Source: Azolla caroliniana (Eukaryota > Plantae > Polypodiophyta). From it: a DNA stretch of 64,000 nt. Position numbers and translations under genes: made by a program. The DNA lies in assembly GCA_043228905.1 (NCBI GenBank), contig JBHGNT010000009.1, positions 7,378,001 through 7,442,000 on the forward strand, given 5' to 3'. The notes below the pieces were generated by a model. The model did no database searches, had not been told where the DNA came from, and saw nothing but the letters and a program-made list of their open reading frames with translations. Numbering within the stretch: position 1 is the first letter of the stretch; each line of letters begins with the position of its first letter. Of the stretch, positions 51,501 to 64,000 are shown piece after piece.

Positions 51501-53230
51501 TCCATTTCCCTTTCGAATGCCACCCGTGCTCTGCTGAGTTCCATTATGGACTCTGGGTTTGGTTCGTAAGCCTCGTCGTGGAGAATAGTGGTCATGGCAT
51601 ATCCTGCCGCGGTTGCGATGACATCGATTTCGAACAGCTTGTCATCATATCTCGTCTTGCGCAGCCCAATCAATCGTTTTTGTTTGCTGGCGTGTCGTGA
51701 TTTGCTGCACTTCCGCCGTAATCGTATTGACGGCGGGCCCTTTTCCCTTGCGTGCTGGGCATTGCGTGGCATAATGTCCGGGCTGTTGACAAATAAAACA
51801 ATGTATGCTTGATTCACCCTTCTCGGCTCCTGGTGGTGTGTGCCGCTCCCCTGGTGCTACTTGCTCCTCGCAGTCCGGCCTTGTTTGTCAGAACGCACGC
51901 GGTGGTTGTTGTTGGTCCCGTCGTTGTTCCTGGTGTCGCTCATCTCTTGAGCTTTTGCATAACACCAGTGATCTCGATATTGTCGCGGCTTACCACGATA
52001 ACCATTGACGCCGCCCCATTTGTTTGTCGATCGGTGATTCTCATAGCGTCGGCCCCCTTTAGCATAACTCGGATGTCCACGATAATCCTCATCCTCTGGT
52101 TCGTCTTCCTCGGAGTCGTTGTGATTTCGGCGATTCTGGTGGTGTCGGTCATCCTGTGGGTTGTGATCCACATACCGTGGTTGGTCTTCTTGCCTCCTTT
52201 GTTTAGTCCGGCGTGGTGGACACTGGGTGTCCATGTTGCGAACTGCGGGAATGGCTCTGTTCAACATATTGTATTCGCATTGTTCGACTGTGTGAGCCTT
52301 CAAGTGGCAGATTGGGCAGTGGATTCGCATATTGCACTCCACTGCGGAATGCCCCGAGTTCAAGAAAATCGTGCATTGGATTGCTTGACGAAACTAGCGT
52401 TCCTCGTCCTGGGATAACGCTTGTTGTAAGGAGGACATAGAAAACCTTTCCTCCTCCTTGTCCAACTCGAGCTGTAATGCTCGTTCAATGACCATATCCG
52501 TCGTTTCCCCTTTCACAATATTGTTGTTGAGCGTTGCCCGGATGGGTCGGCGTAATGCTGCCAGGAATGTTTCTCGAGCCTCGTCCTCCACGGGGCTCCG
52601 TTCTAGTTTCCGCCGTAGATTTTGGAAACGTAAGCTGAAATCTGCGATCGTCTCGGTCGGCAGTTGCTTAATCATGTAGAACTGTCCGAGGATTTCGCGT
52701 TCTGGAACCCTCCGATGGAAGAACCGCAAGAAAGCGGACTGCAGCTGATCGAAGGTTGTGATTGCTGGTAAATCCATCTGTGAATGCCAAAATGTCGCTC
52801 GCCCATCCAATGTTAACCCGAACTCCGTCATTTTCGACTAGTGCGCTACCACCTCCGAAAGGCTCTGCGCCATGTGGTTCGCATTCCAGACATTAAGGAA
52901 CATGTGAATATGGGTTGCGGCGTCGGTTTCGCCGTTAAAGCGGGGGTAGGCAAAGGCCATGTTGGGGGCTATGGTGGGTCGGGAAAGACCACAAGGTGCC
53001 TATGGTGAGCGTACTCCCCGCGTCTCGTCGAGGTATTTGGAGAGCGAAGACTCACCTTTGTAATCACGGCAGATAGTACTGAGGTCGCTGAGGCGAGGCT
53101 TTTGCCATGCGCGTTCTTCTGCTTGGCGTGTGACGGACCTTGTGATTGGCCGGTCTTGTCGTGTTGGTTCTCTGGGGCGTCTACGGCTAAACATCCATTC
53201 GTCGTTGCTCGTCTGTGAGAAGACACAGAT

Positions 53231-53244
53231 CACTAAGCGTGCCA
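53231..53244 (-). promoter_or_regulatory. PBS, tRNA-Arg-like (TGGCACGCTTAGTG)
   Basis: Lies 4 nt inside the 5' LTR; resembles the TGGCACGCC(C/T) Arg-type PBS. Confidence 0.65.
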
Positions 53245-54103
53245 AAAGTGTTACTGATTAGGAACACAGTCTACGGTCAGTCCTTCGACCTAGACCTCCA
53301 AGTGGTTGTGGAACAACGAATAGGCGTCTATGCGTAATGCGTAGGGGAATGTTCCCTGTAACCTATCAACGTATAAGGGAGACAGCTACAACCGACTCCT
53401 TAGCAATGGTTACACTTACATTCTTACACGCTCATGTATTCCAGACATACAGTAGATTAGCCGTAGCTATACACAGACTTTCAGAGAAGATAGAATTCTA
53501 TTATGATACGTTCCTTTACATTCCAAAATTACATGCCCCCTCTATCAGAGGTTTTCTGGCCTTTATATATGCAGGGTCTATTTAGTCATTCACGCTTCCT
53601 GCGTGAACCGTTACATGCGTTATGATCTTATATTATTTCTTATTCCTACGCTCTTGTCCGTCGGTTACTATTCCGGCGGACAACACCTAGGAACCGACAA
53701 GTTGCGGCAATTCACGATGAACCTAGGTCTTTCTATTACCGACCAACCGAGCTTGAAGGCGACCTGAAGACCAGTCTGAACCAACTATTCGGCGACCAGC
53801 AATTGTGTTTGAAGGGGCGTGTGAGAATCAAACTCAACTTCCTAGTGTGGGAACATACCTTAGTATACTCAAGTGTGTGAACACGCCACCTCCTAGTATA
53901 TTAACTAGTGTGTAATAGAACTTTAAGGTTCTATGACACATATTTAGTAGATAGTTAAGTCTCCACCTCTCTTTCAAGTAGCAGTTGTAGTAAGAGAACA
54001 TGGAGATAAGCTGACTACATAAGTACCTTCTCCTCTTTCTAACTATTGGTTCATTCTTGTTCTTGTTAATACAGTTTCTTGTTTTCTATATACATTGTGT
54101 TCT

Positions 54104-54156
<53 letters not shown>
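54104..54156. repeat. (CT)n microsatellite inside an LTR
   Basis: Direct reading of a ~50-bp CT run. Confidence 0.9.
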
Positions 54157-54160
<4 letters not shown>

Positions 54161-54282
54161 CAAAATCACTCTCGATTCTTTACACCTACATTGTGCGATA
54201 GTGTGTGAAGGAGTGTTAGGACTCTATAAGAGTTAATACTCATGTTAGTATAGTTCATGTAAAAGATATTCTATATCAACGT

Positions 54283-55003
54283 TGTCGTGCCTTTCAGCTC
54301 CGGAACGTTGCGTGAGTCGGGCGGGAACCATTGAGGTTTTGGACTAGGAGAAAAGAAAATTCTAATGCAATTAAGAATATGAAATATATTGTAGGAAAGA
54401 AAGATATGAAAAATTCGTGAATCCCACGAGTATAGTGTATTAGTGAGTACTCAGATTAAGAGAGAAAAATAGTTAGCAAATTCGTGAATCCCACGAATAT
54501 ATTGTATTATTCAACCCTTGTAAAATAATCAACAACCTTATACATATTTCTCTCCTCCTTATATAAGGATGGGAGAGGCTAAGCATGGCTTCCTGCTTTC
54601 CCTAAAAGTGTTCATGCACACTAAATGTGCATGTGATGCTTTTTTTTTAAACTTGCTTTTATTTGCTAAATATAGTGCTCATGCACCCTAGATGTGCATG
54701 AGTAATATTTTATTGGTTTACATTTTTCTTATAAATAAAGTATTCTCATACTCTAAAAATGCATGACTTACCTTTTTAATAAAGGTAGGCGTGAATAAAG
54801 GTCTTATATCTCATTTAAAACATTGAGGATAGATTGGTACAATGGTAAGGTTGGGGTTTGTTTGCATTGAGGTGTAGGGGTCGAATCTTGCCCTATGCAT
54901 ATAATAAGTATTTTTTTAATATTTTATTTTATTTATTATACATACTTTAAATCGGATATAGTATTTTACATATTTCACATAGTGTGTGATTCACACTACG
55001 ACA
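54283..55003. mobile_element. Solo LTR-like element TGTCGTG...TACGACA with TSD ACGT
   Basis: ACGT at 54279-54282 and 55004-55007; inverted termini TGTCGT/ACGACA; internal TATATAAGG. Confidence 0.75.
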
Positions 55004-58000
55004 ACGTAAATCATGGTGACAATTAAAGGGAGGTTGTAATTTAGTGAGAAGGTAGTGAGTTATAAAGTACTCGTCTCCCCTTGAGTATCTTTTTGTTATC
55101 ATCTTCTACCCTTTGTTAATATAGATATACATTTTTGCTGTTATCATCTACCCTAAACTTTATAATGGCACCACAATTGAGTGTGGTTCCCATTCCATCA
55201 GTAGTGGGACATGTTGAATGACAAATACACAAGATGAACACTCCACCGAGTGAAGAATTTATACTTGCTCCAATAAATAAAATTGCAACTTTCATAGAAA
55301 TGCTTCAACTCCATGCCTACCATCAAATGCAAAACAAACGTCTTCATTTCGTTCTATGACAACTACAAATCAAGCCCCTATACTAGTGTGATCCTATACA
55401 CAGAATACATCCCATTGATTATTGAAAATAGTTCTCCATGTAGTATTTTATTGTTATGTGTTAGTAATAATGTTGGGGAGTTTATTCTTAGCATCAATAC
55501 AAGCATTGCATCTTCTAGAGGAACTAACAATTATTGGATACTTTTTTGGAACAATTATGCCACATATAAGATGGTCACCTATTAAATGTGGCCAAAATGT
55601 ATCCCAACCAATCTTGGCTGGAAACCACAATAAAAGGTTCACTCAAGGTATGCAAGGTACACTCATTTAGCTATTCATGAATATTAAGAAAAAGGGTGTC
55701 CTAGTATATTGTAATCAAGTAATACTTTTTATAAGCATTTGAGCAATTTCTCCATTTGTTTTGAGTTCCAAGTGCTATTTTACTAGGTATTGTTGTGAGA
55801 GCTTGTCCACTTTCCAACATGCCTATTATCCATATATAATAATCCAACAATTAGTGAACAAGATTTAATAATTCCTAGAGTATTGGTATGATGTATACCT
55901 TTACCATCTACATCTCCTTGTGCATATTGTTACCATATGCATACTCTATAATCTATTATATGTCAATAGCTTGTAAAGACATTGTTGGTCAATGAATCTA
56001 CTTTAAACAATCCTCTATGAAGGTGGTTGATAGAAAGAGATTGTATGGGTTCTCTATAGACATATACATACTCACCAACCTTGATCAAACTTCGATTATA
56101 TGTAATTTCTAACATAAGAGTTGTTCATTCTCCTTGGGCCTTGCTTGAGGCAATGGAATTCATCAATCAACGTAATATTGTTTGGTTAGACATGTTGTTT
56201 GATTTTGTGTGCATATACATAATATTTTGGTTGAAGGATTACTTGTATGATAATGAATGTGATTTCAATATATTTTCAGAATATTTGAAAGGTTACTTTG
56301 TGAGTTAATAGAATATGGTGTTTCATAATAGGATACCCATGCAAGTCATGACAAAGATAAATCATAATGTACAAAATGGTGTGCTCATTAGTATACACAA
56401 AGAAGTACATTCATGCACCTAGACATCCCTAAAAAAACAAAACGGAAATTTCTACTTGTAAGGAAAAGTTCTATAATATAGTGGAATTTTGAACGTTTTG
56501 GTTAAAGAACTCTCACCATCAAATGCACTAGGAGGGTCCACATAAATCGTCATTTTATTGATGTTAGGGAGGATATCTTTGGAAGTTTTGTCATAATGGT
56601 TTAAAATTTTGATCAAGTTAAAAATGCTTTGGTATTGTTGGTGTTGGTATTGAAATATTTGTTTTGTAGGACCGTGTATGCAAGCACTTTTTTTTGAATC
56701 GTGCATGGGACTACACAAGAGTTATACTTTCATGGGGTTTGATATCCCACTTATCCTTTTTCGGTGCACATTTTATATTGGCCCGTGCCAACGAAAACAC
56801 ATGTGACTTGAATAGGACACAAAATATAAACAAACTCAATAATTAAATGGAGCATAAAAGGTCCATGATATGCAAAATCTAAACTTGGTCGCAAGGTTTT
56901 TTAATATGTGCCACACGTAAAGAACAATATATTACCAACATTGTTGTTGATGAAAGGTCCTTTTTTAACTTCCAAGTGTCCAAAGAATTAATTTACTATT
57001 TTGAACTAATGGTTTACCTACAATGGATTATTTGAACCAATGGGTCACCTTGCCATGTGGAGGGAGGCAAGAATTTCATTATCTTTTCAACATGAACAAG
57101 TAGGAATAAGATGATGATTTGAGTCTAAGATCGGATTGTGAGGGACCCTAACATGGAAGACAATCTTATTTTTATAGAGTAAGATGAAAGGGGGTGGGAT
57201 TTGAAGGAGTTTGAAGTACAAATGCTTTATATTATTGGCCAATCTAAAGAAGAACAAATTGAACAACAGGATTGTTAATCGCCACAAAGGGTAAACATAG
57301 AGAAGTGGGACATACTTCAATTTATTCAAGTTCACCTCTATCCTTGAGGCCAACTAGGTCCTTGCTTATTTATCCACATTCCCTTTTGTCTTTTTTTATC
57401 TCCTTGCAACACTTCACACATATGTATTGCGCTGATAAAGGAGCTATAGCTTAGGAAAAGGTCATGTGAGTGTTGGGAGATAAAATACATTTTATATGGT
57501 TAATGTCGGGAAACAACTTCGTTTTTCTAAAGTATATTTTTATAATGGCGAAAACACACATTTATCATATAAAGTATATTAATGATAGGTTAAAATATAC
57601 ATTAGGATGTTGAATCAAATCTCAAGAACCTATATATATGTGTGTGTATAAAGCATATAAGTGATAGGTTAAAATATACATTAGGATGTTGCGTCAAATC
57701 TCAATAACCGATATATATATTGGGTGAGAGAGAGAAAGATTGGAAGATAGAAATTAGAATATGTGTATGTAGTGCATAATGTAAGAGGCTAGACTTGATC
57801 GAGAGAAAGTGTTTGTCTGTGTATGTGCTTGTGTTTGAATGAGACTATGTAGAAGTGGAGTTTTATATGGCCTGTGCATCTCATATCTTGTTTGGGAAAC
57901 GAAAATTAACAAACCGTAAATCAAGATATAAAAACAAGAAGGCAGATCGGTCATGTTGACCCATCCCAAAACCCCATGTAGGACGAGATTGAAAGAAATT

Positions 58001-58574
58001 AAAAAGTAGAGACCCAACAAAATAGAGTCTATAGAGAGAGAGAGAGAGAGAGATTGTATTCTGATTGAATTTTTTTTGTATGTGCTTCATTTTCCAAGAA
58101 AACACCCTTAGGTACGAGGTGGAATTAAAGAAGTTTAAGGAGACACGGTCGATCTTTTAAGAATAAATAAAATAACAAAAGTTGAAGCCATGAACAAATA
58201 AAGGGTGTGGGGGAGGAAGTTTTAACTGAAACTAGTGAAATGCACGAGAAGAGATTGGAGGATGTCTATGATGAATTCGGGTTGTATGAGGCTCACATGG
58301 ATGATGGAGGGTATACGATCGAGTAATGCTATGCTCATCAAATGATGTGGTGTTTTAGAGTTTTTTTGTTGTTTCCTTTACACATGTTGTTTTCTTTTCG
58401 ACATGCAAGTTGCCTGTAAGATATGAGTTGTATGTTATCCTATGTACATTGCCTTAACTAATGGAAGTAGGTTTTTTGGGGGGAAAAAAAAGAATGGTTC
58501 CAAATAATGAACAAAGTAGAAATATACACACATATATGAAAATTCACATAGATATGGTTAATCGTTTCAGGAAC

Positions 58575-58790
58575 CTGAACAGTAAAAAGCAGCACTACAA
58601 TTGATCTAGGTCAAGTCTCACAAATTTTCAAAAGTCACAACATTATTAAGCTTCTGACCATAACCCGAATCCAACAATGCCTTGAACAGTAAAAAGTTAT
58701 GTTACACTTGATATGGCTCAAGTCTCCCGAATTTTCAAAAAATCGCGGCATTATTAAGCTTATGACCATAGCCCAAATCCAACAATGCCC
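58575..58790. repeat. Two diverged tandem copies of a ~107-bp unit
   Basis: TGAACAGTAAAAAG...CATTATTAAGCTT.TGACCATA...ATCCAACAATGCC occurs twice. Confidence 0.75.
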
Positions 58791-61700
58791 TGATGGGAGT
58801 TTTAAGGCGCACTTATGTGATTTGAACTAGCAAAAGTGACTCTTTTCCATAAGCTTGCCGTCGATGCCCCTTCGGAAAAGGGAATGGATGGAGTGACTTG
58901 CTCTCCCAATGGGTTGGCTTTAGTTTCTCTCTTAGGGCATTCTCTTCGTAATTTTGAAAACTGAAACTTTATCTATGTATGCTTGTAGTCAAATAATTTC
59001 GTTTATTTTTCAATTTAGATGCACAACAAACCAATGAGGGGGTGAAACACGGAGATGATGAAAACTACAAACAAATGAAAAACAAACTCTTTTTTTTGTT
59101 TTGTTTTGTTGAAAAATGAGATTGATATGTTTTCTGTTTTCTGTTTTTTGTAATCTTGGTGCATGTCAAATGTATCTTGGTGCATAATAGTAATCAATGG
59201 TCAAGTTCACTTTTCTTATTTTCACGACTAATAATGATGTTGGATGGATATTGTGAACTATATGAATGTTAGTCAGACAAGTTTCTCCCGAATTCTCTTG
59301 TTGAAATAATGTTGTAACATCATTTCTCATGAAACACACACACCCAAGGACGGCATCCCAAGGGAAGATTCCGTGACATGAAAGATAAACATTATGTTGC
59401 CTATATATATATCACTAGCATATTTTTTTGATGTGGACGGTGCCATCTCATTGCAATGGTTTTCACTATTGTTTGATATAAACTCGACATCAATTTAGAG
59501 AGCACGAAAATCCTTGAAATGTTTGATAAAATCAACCAAGTCAAATTTGTGCGAAATCGACATTTGTGAAGTTTACATCAAATTTTCATGTTGGATCAAT
59601 GTATCATATTATTTTGGTAGATTTATGTCCCACACGAACGGTGGGCATAAAATACATGTGGATCAATCCACTGTAATTATTTGGTGATAGAACAACGACA
59701 AGACAGACACGGATGTATATACTCTAAGCCCAACTATGCCTAGCTCCATGATGGACATGCAAACCATAAGCTTGTTGACTTTTTTCGGAAAGATAAATTG
59801 TAGCATGTATTCAAACTAGATATCCAAAACCATCATGGCGCTAATGCGATATCACACAAATGATTTCATATGCAAACCAATAGGTATACTGCTACACATG
59901 TAGAAATGTTATATACCTAGCCTATCGTGAGATGTGCAAACAATTTATTATTAATGTCTCAAGGTGTAGCTTGACTTGAATATATGCAATTTGTTGGGAA
60001 ACAGTGAAAACCACATAGCGTGATGTTGGAGGGAAGGGGGTATATTGAAAAAATAAGTGCTTTATATTCTATGTACATTGATGTTTCCATCCTCTTATCA
60101 TCATTAATAATCTTTGAAACATGGTCAATTCCACCATCATCCCTCTCAATAAAAATGTGTTGTCGGAAATAGCCATCCATTCTCTATGTCACTGTGATTG
60201 GTAGAAAGAGGGGATTGTAGATGATGCCAAGTGCAATGCTTTGACTAGCCTTTGAACACGTATCCATGTAACTGTAATAGTCTTAGTATTCCATGTAATT
60301 GTAATACAACAAATTGTTGAAACTCTTAATTAGTGATACTCTTATGTGAGCATATATATCATAGTTAGAGTACACTAACATAACCAATCCTATTATTTGA
60401 CGAAATCCCTTGTGTTCCTAAGAGCATTGTTGACCTTATCTAATCTAATGTTCCAGCAATAATAAGAACAATTGCCAAGCACAATCAAACCTAACAAAGG
60501 ACATGTGAAACATGAGATTTAACACATGTTCGTAACACCCAAATAAATGGGCAAGATGGATGCTAAATAACACATTAAGGTGGATAGTTGCATCCATAAG
60601 ACGCACATAACAAACATGGAGAAAATTTCCAAATTCTTTGGGCTATATGTTAGGAACACTTCCATGGCCTTCTCATAGAGTTAAAAAACCTCTAATGTAT
60701 TTGATATGCGACCCTTGTGACCTATAGGCTATCATAGTGTATAAACACCCCTTTTACATTGAATAGAATCATGTGCTTGAAGACAACTTTTGGATGAATG
60801 AATCGACGTGTAGGTGGTATACATGTGACACTGCTTGTCGGCAATATGAAATTAAAATCTACAAATACTTATGTGCTTATTTTTTATTGAAAAGTACAAT
60901 TTTACTAACGTATATTGCCTTTAATTGGTGTTATCAATATTATCTCTTTGAATGTAGTTTATGGTGGCAAAACAATTCTAGTCCCATGGGTGTCCTATAA
61001 AATTTCCAATGTCTATGTGTAACTTGAGAAGAGGGATGTGGCACTCAATCTCAACCCACTCTCCAAAATATAGACTATCCCCCTCCAAAGCTTATATTGA
61101 GCTATAATACTAGCCTTAATGTACTTTAGCTTTTCCATGCATTGCATCTCTACAGATTTTTTACTTCTATGCTGGCATAGGCTATAGAAACTCCCTAATA
61201 TTCTAGTGTTACTAGGTCCTATCCACTATATATTATAGCAATAAACAGAAGAAAAAAAGGAAGAAAAGCTACAAATTTCACAGAGCTTTAAGAAGAAAGA
61301 AAATATCTTCTTACAATATCCGGCAATCACTTATATTTAGCCGTTGAGAGTATGCATTTGGTGACTACATATATAGTTCTCAATCTTGAACCACGGATAA
61401 CAATTGTATTTTCTCTCTAGATTGATGATTTTTTGCCAAATATGGAATATTGGGCTTGAGAATGCCATTTGTTTGAAAAATAACATGAGCAATACCTAAT
61501 GGGCAAACCAATTATAACATTCAAATATTACTTATTCAACTCCAAAGCCTCCATCGTGTTGCTTTCAAAGTTTTATCAAAAAAGATATTTACTCAATGTG
61601 TGGTTGTCTTGTGGATTAAGGAAATAAATGTTACAAAAATTAAGTGGGTATCTATCTCATTAATGTAGAGAATGTTTCAACATACAAAGGTGCGTGACAA

Positions 61701-63623
61701 AGATTACTCATCTCATATCAAATATGAGACTCGTGGCTTAGTCATAAAGACAACAGTCTTGGAGTCAAAACTATTGGTTGCTAGGTCTATGCTTGACATG
61801 TCAACATCCCATATCACTAACCCATACATTCTGGGAGTAGGAGCAAGGTTGTTGAGTGATGGACTAAATCAAGACTATTTTAACCTCACTCTGGTGAAGG
61901 TGATGTCCATATCTTGGAGATCTAGTCTGTTATTACATGTTGTCCATATTATGTTAGAGAATCCATGTGTCCATTTAGGTGTCTATCTAGAGATGTATCG
62001 CATGTGGTTGCATTAAAGTGAACAATTCAAGATTTATTGACCTACTAGCTTAATGGTCTTGAACATAAATCTCTAACTTTGTGTTGAGCTACACCACAAT
62101 GATGGGAGAATCATCATCTTGATTGTTGCGAAATGATTCTTGTCACCGTGATTCTTAGAAGTCTTTATATAATGCTTCCTACTGTATGTTTTGAAATTTA
62201 GACCAACACGATAATCTTGTAAACTTTGAAGCATTAACTTAAAGTTGACCTTGCACATCTCATGCTCAAACCATATGTATTGGCTATGATCATGCGTGGA
62301 ATCATATGCCTTAGCAAATATCATGTTTGAAAACTAGAACAATGTCGTAATCTTAAGAATCTATATTCAAAAACTTAGGTTACTACCCTAGCATAATTCA
62401 TGTTAGAATTGTATACCTTGGGCTACCATCATGTTTGTATATTTGCAAGCCAAAACACCCAATACATATAGTAACTCATGAATCTTACATAGGATTGTTG
62501 GATGCTTATTATTTTGGCGATACACTTTGATACCACATTGTGCAAGCACATCAAGGCACATGTTGTCAAAAGGAGACATGCTTGCCAAAATGCTATAGTT
62601 AAATAGCTTGGTTAGGAGGATTTCCTTAAAAATTAATAATATGAAGAAAGACCATGAATGGAGTATACCAATAATAGTGAGAGTCTAAAGTATGTAATAG
62701 CACACATATTTCCAATCAAACAACATTGATATGATGAAACTATCCCCGATGATTCCATAAGGACATGGCGAAGAGGAGAGGAAGGGAAATGCATCCAAAT
62801 AATCAGGAACTCTTTATTTCCTTGAATGCCCTAAAGTTTTCACTATCTCTCAACTTAGTTAGAACCAACTTGAGTAAATGTACGTGTGCTATTTGGCAAC
62901 ATATATAGTTGATCGATATCCTCATGTATAGCTAAGATTGTCTTGAGATTGTTGTGGTAAAGCTCAAAACCAAATGGTAAAATTTGGGGCTTTACCACAA
63001 CGTTAGAATTGGGGATTTATTTTAAAGAGAGAGAGAGAGCAAGAATATACATACATGTGTAAATTGTAATAAAGAATAAGAATTACAAGCATATTTTTAT
63101 AATCTCATTTAAAAACCAAAACTGAATCAAACTCGCCCCCGAAAAAACCTTGGCATAAGAACTAGACAAATAAATAACTAAATAAATAAAAGTAAAAACA
63201 AAATATAAAAAAAAATCTAAACTGGTAAAAAAGAAAGAAAGAAAGTACGGGGGAGTAGTAAAATTGTCAACTGTACCAAAAGTTTCTTTACCGGATACCA
63301 CCGGTAAAAAAGCACGAGTTTTTACAGAGCAGTCCCGGTAAAAAGAAGAAGAAGAAGAAGAAAAAACTAATAAAGCCTTAAAAAGAAAGAAATAAAAGGA
63401 AAACAAACCTGTCAACTGTCATCATGACCCAGAGTGCCATCGTGGCCAGCGTGGCAAGCCTAGAAGAAAAGAAAAAGAAAATAAAGTGGGAAAAAAAAAG
63501 GGGGGGCCAGACACAGGAAGATTGAAAGCAGCAATTGAAAAGAGGGACAAAAATGAAATAAATCGATAAGTAAAGAAAAAGCTAAAATCGAAAAGAAAAG
63601 AAAGATAATTATGAAATTACTAA

Positions 63624-63649
63624 GCCGGCGGGTGACGTCACCCGCCGGC
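63624..63649. promoter_or_regulatory. Perfect 26-bp palindrome centred on TGACGTCA (CRE/C-box-type bZIP site)
   Basis: GCCGGCGGGTGACGTCACCCGCCGGC equals its own reverse complement. The regulatory role is inferred. Confidence 0.6.
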
Positions 63650-64000
63650 CGGGGGAGGGACGTTGTAGTTTAATATTAGACTTTCTTTGCTATTTGGACT
63701 TTAGGACGTCCTTTTAAATGGGTGGGTGGGGTGGAGGTTACCGGCGGTAGCCGGGTGCTATATTGTGTGGTGAGAAAAAGCCAGGCCCGTGTGACCGGCG
63801 CGCACAGACAAGGACCGCCCATGAAAGGTTTTCTGGTAGCTGCCTCTGCAGTTCCTCGGCTCTGACCGCGCGCCGATAATGTCCCGCTAGAACAGAAAAA
63901 GATCCCAGAAGGCCGCCAAATGGTGTCTTTTATCTCCTCGTTGGTCTTCTCTTCGCTGGGTTGGGTCCCTCGGTTTCGCCTTTTCCTTTCCAACCCCCTC

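Larger units (their letters stand above)
45143..53685 (-). mobile_element. Full-length non-chromovirus Ty3/gypsy (Athila/Tat-like): 5' LTR 53249-53685, 3' LTR 45143-45580, TSD CCTAG; gag, RT, RH, INT and an extra 3' ORF
   Basis: Paired ~438-bp LTRs TGTTAC...CAACA; CCTAG at 45138-45142 and 53686-53690. RVCVDYRKLN, FLDGFSGYNQ, VFLDDF, FRHYLLGRKF, KWGLDFVGPF, YYPQANGLAE. Confidence 0.95.
44920..54184 (+). mobile_element. Copia RNase H end and 3' LTR (53820-54184), split by gypsy 45143-53685
   Basis: LYCDNMSSIHLAQNP.FH.RTKHIEVHYHFVRE...DIFTNTL resumes as GTDKLRQF after 53690. PPT GAAGGGGCG, then TGTGAG...TTTACA. Confidence 0.82.

Noticed and set aside
55010-56400. Possible ancient coding or transposase remnant on the minus strand
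   Set aside because: Stop-riddled, with no motif I can identify; needs a translated search.
57580-57720. Two copies of an ~80-bp unit (TGATAGGTTAAAATATACATTAGGATGTTG)
   Set aside because: Ordinary local duplication next to TA/TG microsatellites.
59900-62950. Coding-like composition on the minus strand (short ORFs 59959-60180, 62073-62324, 62403-62588)
   Set aside because: It may be an old pseudogene or transposon, but no family could be recognised.
63676-63993. 105-aa minus-strand ORF at the window end
   Set aside because: No ATG start and no recognisable domain; more likely promoter or UTR sequence.

Overview
This is eukaryotic DNA, most likely from a non-seed land plant (bryophyte, lycophyte or fern; inferred from the transposon lineages). 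Positions 1-55,000 are a deeply nested graveyard of Ty1/copia and Ty3/gypsy LTR retrotransposons plus L1 and RTE-X-like LINEs. They are followed by about 9 kb of AT-rich non-coding DNA that ends in a promoter-like region. No intact host gene is present; the only host-gene sequence is a cytosolic Hsp70 pseudogene fragment (12.4-13.0 kb). Three LTR elements are structurally complete: a tRNA-Trp-primed gag-only gypsy (6815-11803), a compact copia (13852-19620) and an Athila/Tat-like gypsy (45143-53685). Main observations: (1) a gypsy lineage with TGTCG...CGACA termini repeatedly inserts at the 4-bp palindrome ACGT, including a stack of three units at one site; (2) the 45143-53685 gypsy has an inverted tRNA-Arg-like PBS where the polypurine tract should be; (3) a ~24-kb inversion (~4475-28607) can be reconstructed from two independently split transposons; (4) an L1 is 5'-inverted in twin-priming geometry; (5) an RTE-X-like LINE with a (TTTC)n tail sits inside a solo LTR that sits inside a gag gene; (6) a perfect 26-bp palindrome is centred on TGACGTCA near the window end. 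All alignments were done by eye and family names are not database-verified.
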